DNA of 64,000 bases from contig CAZTXY010000003.1 in NCBI GenBank assembly GCA_964617815.1, positions 473-64,472 on the forward strand, read 5' to 3'. The notes under the pieces were generated by a model. The model did no database searches. It was not told the DNA's origin and saw nothing but the letters and a program-made list of their open reading frames with translations. This stretch comes from an uncultured Candidatus Saccharibacteria bacterium (GTDB taxonomy: Bacteria > Patescibacteriota > Doudnabacteria > UBA920). Position numbers and translations under genes: made by a program. Below are positions 40,311 through 49,265 of this stretch, in pieces (the stretch's first letter is position 1; each line of letters opens with the position of its first letter).

Positions 40311-41177
40311 ATGAATAGCAGAATTCAGAAACTCAAAAATTATTTTAATCAGGAACAGAAAGTTGCAAAGACACTGTCTTCAGTAGTTTTAGTTTTTGCG
40401 TTTATGGCAGTTGTCATGCCAGCGCTTGCTGACTTTGTGTTGCAAGATGATAACTCATCCTGTGGTTATGGCTACGGCTACGGCTATGGCTATGGTTATG
40501 GGTATGGCTACGGTTACGGTTACGGCTGTGACGGTGGCGGTGGATCTTTGATTGTAGATCCTGGTGTAACTAAGACCGTTGACAACGGTACTCCTGCTCC
40601 AGGCGCAACAATTGTCTACACTATCACTGCACATAACTTTGGTAGCACAACAGTTAACGACGTGACTGCCACAGACAGTATCCCAGCTGGGATTACCTAC
40701 GTCAGTCATACACTCACTCAAGGTGTCTATAGTAATGTCACTAGCATCTGGAATGTGGGCACCCTTACCTCTGGTGGGGACGCGACTTTGACCATTACGG
40801 CTACCGTGGATGGTTCCACTGTTGGAACTGTAATAAACACAGTTACAATTACCGGTTCTATCCCAGTTGACCCAAATAGTGCCAATAATACAGCATCTGC
40901 CAATATTGTAGTGACTACATCTGGCGGCGGTGGTGGCGGAAATACAGGCGGCGGCGGTGGTAGTACTGGTGGTGGCGGTGGTAGTACTGGTGGAGGTAGC
41001 AATGACGGAAGTGTTTTGGGAGATAGTACAGGGCCAACTGTAACCCCTCCAACTGGCCGAGTCCTCGGAGACAGCACTTTACCACGAACAGGCTTAGCAG
41101 TAACTTTAGTTCTTACCCTAGTTGCAGTTTCATCTTTAGCCTTTGTTTCTAGAGGTAAAGCAGTTAAAGCAGAGTAG
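40311..41177 (+). CDS. Sortase-anchored surface protein: C-(GY)10-G-C loop, DUF11 Ig-like domain, Gly linker, LPRTG signal
   Basis: Signal peptide; VTKTVD..PG..IVYTIT..N.G / DPNSANN DUF11 pattern; LPRTG + TM + basic tail. Confidence 0.85.
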   Translation: MNSRIQKLKNYFNQEQKVAKTLSSVVLVFAFMAVVMPALADFVLQDDNSSCGYGYGYGYGYGYGYGYGYGYGCDGGGGSLIVDPGVTKTVDNGTPAPGATIVYTITAHNFGSTTVNDVTATDSIPAGITYVSHTLTQGVYSNVTSIWNVGTLTSGGDATLTITATVDGSTVGTVINTVTITGSIPVDPNSANNTASANIVVTTSGGGGGGNTGGGGGSTGGGGGSTGGGSNDGSVLGDSTGPTVTPPTGRVLGDSTLPRTGLAVTLVLTLVAVSSLAFVSRGKAVKAE

Positions 41178-41239
41178 TTAAAAGTTTTTCGTTCAGACAC
41201 CAACATTCAATTTATCAATCTAGGCAAATTCACAAACAT

Positions 41240-41560
41240 ATGACTGGTCCATCTCTGGCAGAAAAAATGGCCCATTGCCCTGGCTGTCAAAAGCCAGTCC
41301 TCAATGCAGGACAATTCTGGTCCCATGCAGAATTCTCGATACGATGTCCATGGTGTCAGTCTAATATCCAAATTACTATAGAGCCTAAAATTACCGTAAA
41401 GTCCTTAAAACCTGAAGAGAAGACGGATGATGGAAATACTCAGAATATCCAAAGTATGCAAGTCCCACCTGAAGGGGGCCTAAAAATAATCGGTTACATT
41501 TATCCAGAAAGTCAAAAGACAAAAGACGGCCAAGCTGGCCAGAATAATCAGCAGTCCTAA
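41240..41560 (+). CDS. Zinc-ribbon protein (Mu Com-like spacing)
   Basis: CPGCQKPVL...IRCPWC. Confidence 0.55.
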   Translation: MTGPSLAEKMAHCPGCQKPVLNAGQFWSHAEFSIRCPWCQSNIQITIEPKITVKSLKPEEKTDDGNTQNIQSMQVPPEGGLKIIGYIYPESQKTKDGQAGQNNQQS

Positions 41561-41809
41561 CAGAGTTTAACAATTTATTGAGCGGACTACGTGCGCCGCG
41601 GGACTACGAGAGCCCATCTAAGAACCTCACTACTCAAGTGTGTATTTTACACATTTGTAAGTGGGAAGCTTGGATGGGCTCTTTATTTACTCCTTCACCA
41701 CAGCGATATGTATAGCGCTCTGGTGTGAGGGTGGAAGAGCACCGTAAAGGTCGATATAGTGTGTAATTAGTGGTCTGAAAATTATTTCAGCCACTGCTTG
41801 AGGAGTGAC

Positions 41810-42400
41810 ATGAAAAGATTATTTGCAGGATTAGCCATGCTGACGCTGGCCGCAGCTGCCTTACCGGCTTCTGCAGACCTGTCCGCGAGCGATAATTCTA
41901 TGGTTAACTACACAACTAACTTTCTTGTTGGTTTGTATCTAAATCATAGCAATAACGCAAATATCCGCAATACTATCAATACTCGCAGTCGTACTGGCGG
42001 CAATGCTATTATTGCCGATGATACAATTGAACGTTCTGGAATTGTAACAGGGGATGCTGACGCTTTAACTGACGTTGGTAACCGTGCTAATTCTACGGAT
42101 GTGACAGCTGGTATTGACGTTACATTGCCAGCTACGCCTGACGCTTCCGCCACGGATTCTTCTGACTTAACGTTAGAACAAGACGAGACGCTTGAAGTCG
42201 TTAGTAACACAACTGACAATGCTGACGTTGAAAACTTGCTCGATACATCTGCTGACAGTGGCAATAATATGCTTTCTGCAGGAGACGAAGTAGCTGATAG
42301 TTGGATTTTCAGTGGCTCCGGGCGTGCATACAGTGTGGTCAATAATGTTCTCAATTCGGTGCGCGAGAATATTTCAATCACACGCAGGCTAGCCCCATAA
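41810..42400 (+). CDS. Secreted protein with two ~70-aa Asn/Asp-rich repeats
   Basis: GAGGAG RBS; signal peptide ...LPASA; repeats with N.A...N...(T/S)G.N...(T/S)G. Confidence 0.8.
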   Translation: MKRLFAGLAMLTLAAAALPASADLSASDNSMVNYTTNFLVGLYLNHSNNANIRNTINTRSRTGGNAIIADDTIERSGIVTGDADALTDVGNRANSTDVTAGIDVTLPATPDASATDSSDLTLEQDETLEVVSNTTDNADVENLLDTSADSGNNMLSAGDEVADSWIFSGSGRAYSVVNNVLNSVRENISITRRLAP

Positions 42401-42475
42401 ATATCAACTACATTTGTAGTAAAAATTAATATGTTGTGTCCGCAATAAAAGCGGGCACACACAAGGACTTATTGT

Positions 42476-43075
42476 ATGAAAAAAATTATTGCAGGCGCAG
42501 GTTTGGTTGCTATGTTGGCAGTCACCGGTGGCGTAGCTTCTGCTTCCACCTTTACTGCAGACGACAGTTCTAACTTGTCTTTGACAAACAGCATGAAGAG
42601 CATTCGCGCTATCTTAAACCACACTCAAGTTTTGACTGTTGGTGGTGCAAACATTGCTACTTCTAACACTGGTAACTTTGCTATTTCTGCTGGCGATGAA
42701 GTCAATGGTTCTACCGTTGGTACTGGCCAAGCTGAAGCTGTTACTGGAAGCGACACTCTAGGTAACGACTCCGATACTGGCGTCAACATTGATGCTACTA
42801 TGGACGACAACCACGCTTTCTACGTCAACGATAGCTCTACTTTGACAGAAAACAACAACGATGAAGAAATCGAAGCTGTTGATAACAACACTCAAGTAAG
42901 CACTTTGCTTGATAGCTCTGCTTCCACTGCTAACAGCGGTAACGTTGCAGTAGCTGCTGGCGACGAAGTCAATGACTTCACTGGTACATCTGCTGGCTCC
43001 ATTGCTGGTAGCGTAACCACTCGCACAGTTGACATGGTTATGTCTCGTTTGAACATGATCCGCCGCTCTAACTAG
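42476..43075 (+). CDS. Secreted paralog with two ~70-aa repeats
   Basis: Signal peptide ...VASA; DSS...(T/S)GN..(S/A)AGDEV repeats; codon bias suggestive of high expression. Confidence 0.8.
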   Translation: MKKIIAGAGLVAMLAVTGGVASASTFTADDSSNLSLTNSMKSIRAILNHTQVLTVGGANIATSNTGNFAISAGDEVNGSTVGTGQAEAVTGSDTLGNDSDTGVNIDATMDDNHAFYVNDSSTLTENNNDEEIEAVDNNTQVSTLLDSSASTANSGNVAVAAGDEVNDFTGTSAGSIAGSVTTRTVDMVMSRLNMIRRSN

Positions 43076-43095
43076 TTTTAGGGTTCGGATTATTT

Positions 43096-43128
43096 TTTTG
43101 GGAGGGCCCCAAAAGGGTCCTCCCAAAA
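43096..43128. terminator. Hairpin after the two small repeat proteins
   Basis: TTTTGGGAGGGCCC-CAAAA-GGGTCCTCCCAAAA. Confidence 0.7.
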
Positions 43129-43223
43129 TAAGCTTTAATCATTATGGTAGACAGGGGCTTGGCGTGCTTCTGGAGAGACTATGGCACAAAGCCTTTGCCT
43201 ATCAATCAATTAGATAAACAATT

Positions 43224-46200
43224 ATGAAATTTTTAAATATTACAGTAATTAGAAAATATAGTGATAAGTTTTCCGGCAACCGCTTCGGGCATGCTTGGAG
43301 TTTATTGTTATTTGTCGGCTGGCTAGCAATGAAGGAAATCCGTAGTTTTTATGGGAAAGTAATTTTAAGCCAACGGGCAGTTAAGCCACTTGCTTTTAAT
43401 CAGTCTTGGCACCAAAAACTTTCTCAGACTGCTCTTTCAGTAGTTCTAGAACGACACCAAGGTTTCAATAATTCTAAAATAGAAACAGTCAAACATGCCA
43501 CTAAAACCGTTAGCCTTGATGGGCTGTTTCAGACATGGTCCTCTGCTAGATTGTCTGTTCCTCTATTTTTTCAAAAATCTTTTGCAATTTTAGCAATTGC
43601 CTTTTTAGTCTTGCCTTTGGCACGTCCTGCCTTGGCTGATGAAGTAACTCCGCCACCGATTGAGACACCCTCTAATGTAGAAACAGAGCCAATTTTAAAC
43701 CAAGGTACAGTACTTGATGTTCAAGAGGGTGTAACCGTATCATCTGACTCATTACCTGAAAGCGAAGATGGCGCTGGCACGGCTCTTATTGACGGTGAGC
43801 TGCCAGAAAACTTACAGGAACATTTAAATCCTGATCAGAATACCGAAGAAGGAACTACAGATCCAGAAGTGGCTGACCCAGCTCCAGCGATAATTTTTGA
43901 AGATACAACAACAGGAAATAATGCTTTGTGTGAGTCTAATTTAGACTCTCCAATTGTTCAAACTGAGCCAGCAACTCCAGAAGGTGACCCGAATGTTGCT
44001 TTGGAAAATTCTGACCCTCAGCTTACCGACTTAGAAGTGGTAGCAGAAGATCCAGATGAAGTAACTGCTGTTCCCGCAGAGGCGGCTGGATGTAACGGGC
44101 AGGGTGGTCGGGCTGTAGTGGTTGCAGACGACGATTCAGAAGTAAATGTAGACCAAACAGTAACTCAAGAAGTCTCTATTATAAATACAAATGATGTCGA
44201 GCTTGTTAACGACCTTGACTCAGAAGCAGTTAGTGGACAGAACTTAGTTTTAACAGAAGCCGACGGTCAAGATGTCACAGTTTCTACCGGTGATGTTAAT
44301 GTCGTTGCTAATGTTTTTAATGTAGAGAATAATAACCTGACAAATTCGGAAATCGTTGAATTAACTGAGACCTTTAATAATCTTAGTAACGACGTAATTA
44401 TGAATCAACCAGAAAAGTCTCAAGCGCAAAAGGCGCAAGACTTAGTCTCTGGAATTTGTAGTGAGTCAGCACAGGTTAGTGATAGTTCAGAAGCCAATAT
44501 CGACTGTAAAAGTTTTTCTACTTTTAGTCTGACAAATAAAAATACTGCAGACATTGAAAACAATGTTGATGCTACGGGTGTTTCGGGGCAGAATATTATT
44601 GAAGGAGTTGAAGAAAATGCCAATATTATTACTGGCGACGTTAATGTTATTGTAAACATTCTTAACATTGTTAACATTAACCTTTATAACTCCACCTTAA
44701 CTATTGCTAATACAAATATTTTTGGTAATTTTACAGGTGACGTAGTTTTGCCGTCCGAGTTATACTTTACTAATTTCATGTCGGTGGGAGCAGCGGATAA
44801 TTCTAACGCCTCTCTGGACAGCGTTAAAAAAGTAGTTATCGATATTAGTAACGACAACGAAGCTGATATTGAAAACAACGTCACAATTAATGGAGTTACT
44901 GGTGACAACGCGCTTATCGGTACTGGAACCCCGGCTGGCACAGAAGGTGACGTAGACGACAGCGAAATTTCCAGTGGCGACGCACAAAGTGGTGCTAGCG
45001 TTCAAACTTTAGCCAACACCAACATTATCAACGGAAAATGGTACATTGGTATGGTTAATGCGCTTGGTTCTTGGAGTGGAGATGTCTACTCTTTGCCAAA
45101 CGAAGTCGCCATGATTCCTACAACCACAGGATATTCCTTCTTTGCCTCAACTGCCGAGAATGCTGACGGAACTTATGAATTATTAGATGACGCTATTTTA
45201 AACGCTTCCAGCACAGAAGAAACAGAAGTTACTATTAGCAATGAAAATGACGCTAAGATTGTTAACAACGTTAACATTGACGCTATTAGTGGTGAAAATG
45301 GAATTATCAACGAAGAAGTTGAAGACTCTAGCGTGCGAACCGGAAATACTTTAACTTTGGCTAGTATTTTAAACATTGTAAACTTAAACTTAATTAATGC
45401 AGATGTCTTTATTGGAGTAGTAAATGTTCTTGGAACTTGGGATGGAAATGTCGTCTTTGGTTACCCAGACTTAGCAGTTTCGCAGAGCATGTCAGGAAAC
45501 GTTCCTCAAAAAGCTCAAGACTCTGCTCGTTACACGGTAGATTATGCCAACACCGGAGACGGTTCTATGGCCGATACTTGGGTTGAATGGCACTTTGCTC
45601 CAAATGTATTTGATTTTGATGCTGTGTTTGGGCCAAATAATACAAACCCACAGTATTTGTTGGCTCGCCCAGGAATTTTGAAAGTTAATCTTGGTCGTTT
45701 ACTTCCAGGGGCTGTTGGTAGCTTCGATATTGGTCTTCGCGCTAATCAAAACTTGCAAGGTGGAGCTACTATTGGTAACTACGCTCGCATTTATGGTGAT
45801 GGCCCAGAAAAGAACAAGACTAATAATGAGTTTCTTTTACAAACTGTAGTTCCAACCTCCCAAGTAAACTCTGGGACTGGCGCTGGAAACCAAAACAACA
45901 CAGGAACAGACAATAACACTGGAAATTCAGGTAATCAGAATAATCAGGACAATAACTCAGGCCAAAATAATACTGGTAATCAAAACAATACTGGTACAGA
46001 TAACAATTCTGGCGATCAAAATAATAACAATCAGAATAATCAGGACTCAGACAACACTCAGAACGATCAAAATGACGAGAATGCTGATACTGAAAACCAG
46101 AACGAACAAAATCAAAACACTGAAAATGATGAAAATGGTCCGCTACCACCAGGAGCAGAAATCTTTGACGCCGGATCACTTCAGATTTCGAAGAGCAATA

Positions 46201-47042
46201 ACTCTAGTGGAAGAACTCTTGCTCGAGGCGAGTCAGTAACCTTTACTATCATTGTAAAAAATACTACTAGCCAGCCAATTTTTAACACAGTTATTTTTGA
46301 CACCTTATATTCACCAAGTACTTCAGAAACAGATACTGTACCAATCCCACTAGATACAGTTAAAGCCGGTGAAGAAGTCGAACTATCTTATGACCTCACA
46401 ATCGGAGCGCAGAGCGCCTTTGGAGTCTATACCAACTCAGCTTATGTTGAAGGTATGGATTGGGGTCTCCGTCCAGTTCGTTCTTTAAGTGCCACTAGCA
46501 GCTTTACAGTTGGGACTGCAGTACTTCCCCAAAATGACAATGTAAAGCCAGACCAGATTGAGGAAGAACCTGTTACAGAAGAAGAAGTTGTTGTAGTTAA
46601 AGAAGAAACTCTCAGAGAAAAAGTTGCTCGCCGAGCGCAAGAATTGAGAGACACTCAATCTCAATTATTGGGAGCTATACTTGGGCAAACAGATAGTAAT
46701 GAGCAGCCACCAATTGGTCGTGGTCCAGTATCTTTTGCAAAAAGCTCTAGTACAGGCTCAGCTTTAAACCAGACTCCTGAATTATTGGCACAGACTGGTA
46801 AAATTGGGTCCGCGGCTTTCACAGATCTTTATTCGGAATATTTAGCCAAGTCAGCAGCATTAGACAAGCCTGTTGTTAGAGCTGCAAGTGGCTGGAAGAG
46901 CTTCTTTAACCTAGACATGCTTCTAATTGCATTCTTATTCTCAATTGGTTATGCTGTATCTTCTTTCCGCGAAAAACGAAAAAAGCAGTTGGGTAAAGCA
47001 CCAAGCTTAAAACCCGCTCATCGTTTTACAAGCTTCCTGTAA
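43224..47042 (+). CDS. Large acidic surface protein: four copies of the same repeat, two DUF11-like domains, N/Q-rich linker, C-terminal TM
   Basis: Internal signal-like segment ...ARPALA; repeats with SG(Q/E)N/TGDN...TGD; C-terminal TM + basic tail. Confidence 0.8.
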   Translation: MKFLNITVIRKYSDKFSGNRFGHAWSLLLFVGWLAMKEIRSFYGKVILSQRAVKPLAFNQSWHQKLSQTALSVVLERHQGFNNSKIETVKHATKTVSLDGLFQTWSSARLSVPLFFQKSFAILAIAFLVLPLARPALADEVTPPPIETPSNVETEPILNQGTVLDVQEGVTVSSDSLPESEDGAGTALIDGELPENLQEHLNPDQNTEEGTTDPEVADPAPAIIFEDTTTGNNALCESNLDSPIVQTEPATPEGDPNVALENSDPQLTDLEVVAEDPDEVTAVPAEAAGCNGQGGRAVVVADDDSEVNVDQTVTQEVSIINTNDVELVNDLDSEAVSGQNLVLTEADGQDVTVSTGDVNVVANVFNVENNNLTNSEIVELTETFNNLSNDVIMNQPEKSQAQKAQDLVSGICSESAQVSDSSEANIDCKSFSTFSLTNKNTADIENNVDATGVSGQNIIEGVEENANIITGDVNVIVNILNIVNINLYNSTLTIANTNIFGNFTGDVVLPSELYFTNFMSVGAADNSNASLDSVKKVVIDISNDNEADIENNVTINGVTGDNALIGTGTPAGTEGDVDDSEISSGDAQSGASVQTLANTNIINGKWYIGMVNALGSWSGDVYSLPNEVAMIPTTTGYSFFASTAENADGTYELLDDAILNASSTEETEVTISNENDAKIVNNVNIDAISGENGIINEEVEDSSVRTGNTLTLASILNIVNLNLINADVFIGVVNVLGTWDGNVVFGYPDLAVSQSMSGNVPQKAQDSARYTVDYANTGDGSMADTWVEWHFAPNVFDFDAVFGPNNTNPQYLLARPGILKVNLGRLLPGAVGSFDIGLRANQNLQGGATIGNYARIYGDGPEKNKTNNEFLLQTVVPTSQVNSGTGAGNQNNTGTDNNTGNSGNQNNQDNNSGQNNTGNQNNTGTDNNSGDQNNNNQNNQDSDNTQNDQNDENADTENQNEQNQNTENDENGPLPPGAEIFDAGSLQISKSNNSSGRTLARGESVTFTIIVKNTTSQPIFNTVIFDTLYSPSTSETDTVPIPLDTVKAGEEVELSYDLTIGAQSAFGVYTNSAYVEGMDWGLRPVRSLSATSSFTVGTAVLPQNDNVKPDQIEEEPVTEEEVVVVKEETLREKVARRAQELRDTQSQLLGAILGQTDSNEQPPIGRGPVSFAKSSSTGSALNQTPELLAQTGKIGSAAFTDLYSEYLAKSAALDKPVVRAASGWKSFFNLDMLLIAFLFSIGYAVSSFREKRKKQLGKAPSLKPAHRFTSFL

Positions 47043-47099
47043 ATAAAATTTAAAAATCTCCCCAGTGTATTCTGGGGAGATTTTTGTTATACTAGCGCT

Positions 47100-47696
47100 A
47101 TGCATTGGTTATTTAAGAGGTTTATTCTCGCTATTATTATCCTTGTTCTTGGTGCGGCCATCTTAAATGGTCAATATTTTTTGCGTAATTTAAAACAATG
47201 GTTTTGGCCCCCACAACCTAAAGTGGTCACAACAACACAAGTTAACTTATCGCCAGACACCTTAATTATTGAAAGTTTAGGCATTAGCGCGCCAGTTGTA
47301 TACATAGAGGAGAAAACAGAAACCGCTTATCAAGAAGCTTTGGAACGGGGAGTGGTTCATTTTCCTGATACTGCTAAAGTCGGAGAGGCTGGAACTGTTT
47401 ATATTTTTGGACACTCTTCTGATTATCCTTGGGGTAAGGGGAAATTTAAAACAGTTTTTGCAACACTCCCACAAATTAAAATTGGCAGTAGCATTTTTAT
47501 TACCAATCAAAATTCGCAACCGTTTATTTATAAAGTTATCTCAACAAAAATTATTTCCCCAAATGACACTTCGGTTTTGGAACAGGACCTAAGTAAGCAT
47601 TTGTTAATACTGCAAACTTCTTATCCAGTGGGCACTGCGCTTAAACGTTACATAGTAATAGCAGAACTTGTCCTCTCGGAGGGGAGTCTTCCATAA
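47100..47696 (+). CDS. Sortase-family protein with Ser at the catalytic Cys position
   Basis: N-terminal TM; L..GVVHFP, IFGHSS, ILQTSYP.GT..KR. Confidence 0.85.
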   Translation: MHWLFKRFILAIIILVLGAAILNGQYFLRNLKQWFWPPQPKVVTTTQVNLSPDTLIIESLGISAPVVYIEEKTETAYQEALERGVVHFPDTAKVGEAGTVYIFGHSSDYPWGKGKFKTVFATLPQIKIGSSIFITNQNSQPFIYKVISTKIISPNDTSVLEQDLSKHLLILQTSYPVGTALKRYIVIAELVLSEGSLP

Positions 47697-47737
47697 AATG
47701 TTATACTATAAGAGCGATAGATTTGTAAACAAACAAT

Positions 47738-48568
47738 ATGTTAAATAAAAAACTAATTACGCGTAAATACAAAAAACACCCAAGCATAATTTTGCCTTCA
47801 AAACAGCTGGACCAGTATGTGGCAGTGAATCAGGAGGGGATGTCGCCATGGCGGATTTTTAAAATTATGGCTGAATTTGTGACTGGCTATGAATTTATTC
47901 GTCACTATCATCGCGCTGTTACATTTTTTGGTTCAGCACGAGCTGGTTTTAAAGACGAGGTTTATAGAGACGCAACTAAACTTGCATATAATTTGTCCAA
48001 AGAAGGGTTTGCTATTATTACTGGCGGCGGTCCTGGAATTATGGAAGCGGCTAACAAAGGCGCTCTTCAGGCTGGTGGAGAGTCTGTTGGTTTAAACATT
48101 CAGTTGCCAAGAGAGCAAAGGAGCAATCGTTATGTAAATGAGTCAACTTCATTCCATTATTTTTTTACTCGCAAAGTGATGCTTGCAACTGCTTCCCAAG
48201 TCTATGTTTTTTTTCCAGGTGGTTTTGGTACTCTTGATGAGTTATTTGAAATGTTAACTCTAGTGCAGACTAAAAAAATCTCACCCATTAGCGTAGTTCT
48301 TGTAAATAAAGAATTCTGGTCACCACTTTTGAGTTGGATAGAGGAAACTATTTATAAAAAAGACTCTGCAATTAATAAGGCAGATACTCAGCTGTATTCT
48401 TTAGTTGATCATGCTGATGAAGCTTTGGATTTAATTAATAAACTTGCGAAACAGCGGTACTTTAAACCGAAGGCTCGTGCCCTAGAAACACTGGAGAATA
48501 ATCCAAATGGTGTGATAATGTCGAAAACTCGTATTAAGAGCAAACCAAGAAAAAAAGCCTCAAAATGA
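47738..48568 (+). CDS. LOG-family (TIGR00730-like) Rossmann-fold protein
   Basis: [37 protein letters not shown]. Confidence 0.9.
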   Translation: MLNKKLITRKYKKHPSIILPSKQLDQYVAVNQEGMSPWRIFKIMAEFVTGYEFIRHYHRAVTFFGSARAGFKDEVYRDATKLAYNLSKEGFAIITGGGPGIMEAANKGALQAGGESVGLNIQLPREQRSNRYVNESTSFHYFFTRKVMLATASQVYVFFPGGFGTLDELFEMLTLVQTKKISPISVVLVNKEFWSPLLSWIEETIYKKDSAINKADTQLYSLVDHADEALDLINKLAKQRYFKPKARALETLENNPNGVIMSKTRIKSKPRKKASK

Positions 48569-48575
48569 GGCTTTT

Positions 48576-48944
48576 TTAGCGTTTAAAATGGAGGTAAATG
48601 AGACTGAGTACCTTTACTAGGTTTATGGCTATAAGCCCTGCCAGAAGCCAATAATCAGGCTGATGTGTCACAAAGAGTTGGTATAGTAGACCACAGGAAA
48701 GCACTGCCGTTCCTACAAGCAAGCTTATACGGTTAGCAGAATAACGATGGCTAATTTCTCGCTCGTCTGTAGTTTTACCTTCTCCTGCTACTGACATGCC
48801 TACAACATAGACCCCAAGAAGGACACAAACAGTTGCAAGTTTTGTCATGCTCATAGCTGACGCATTGTCTTGTCCAGATATAAGGAAGGCTGTAGTTAAA
48901 ATTATTAGCCCAAGCAATGAAATGTAGTAGTAAATTATTTTCAT
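48576..48944 (-). CDS. Four-TM membrane protein
   Basis: DERE motif between TMs; directly downstream of an XRE regulator. Confidence 0.6.
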   Translation of the reverse strand: MKIIYYYISLLGLIILTTAFLISGQDNASAMSMTKLATVCVLLGVYVVGMSVAGEGKTTDEREISHRYSANRISLLVGTAVLSCGLLYQLFVTHQPDYWLLAGLIAINLVKVLSLIYLHFKR

Positions 48945-48957
48945 AGGTTTTATACTG

Positions 48958-49015
48958 TGTCATTCCAGCGAAGGCTGGAATCCAGTCTGGATCCCAAATC
49001 AAGTTTGGGATGACA
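48958..49015. repeat. Palindromic miniature element
   Basis: TGTCATTCC...GGGATGACA; 56/58 identical to the reverse complement of 55497-55554. Confidence 0.85.
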
Positions 49016-49029
49016 AAATTGGTTAGTCT

Positions 49030-49227
49030 CTATTCTGTTTGAAACAATTCTTCCACGCTAATTTTAAAAAACTTAGCTAATTGCATAGCTAGCATAAGTG
49101 AAGGAGTGTAGTTTCCTTTTTCAATAGCAATAACCGTCTGTCGTGAGACGCCAATAGTAGATGCTAAATCGTCTTGAGTTATATTACGCTGAAGGCGTAA
49201 TTTTTTTATATTATTTTGTATGGTCAT
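49030..49227 (-). CDS. XRE-family HTH transcriptional regulator
   Basis: ITQDDLA..IGVSRQTVIAIEKGNYTPS. Confidence 0.9.
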   Translation of the reverse strand: MTIQNNIKKLRLQRNITQDDLASTIGVSRQTVIAIEKGNYTPSLMLAMQLAKFFKISVEELFQTE

Positions 49228-49230
49228 AAA

Positions 49231-49265
49231 GCTAGTTCCTAGTAACTAGTATCTAGTGACTAGTC
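49231..49265. repeat. Heptamer array (5 units) filling the intergenic gap
   Basis: gctagtt cctagta actagta tctagtg actagtc. Confidence 0.8.

Noticed and set aside
45870-46140. N/Q/G-rich quasi-tandem DNA repeats
   Set aside because: Explained as a low-complexity linker within the large surface protein.
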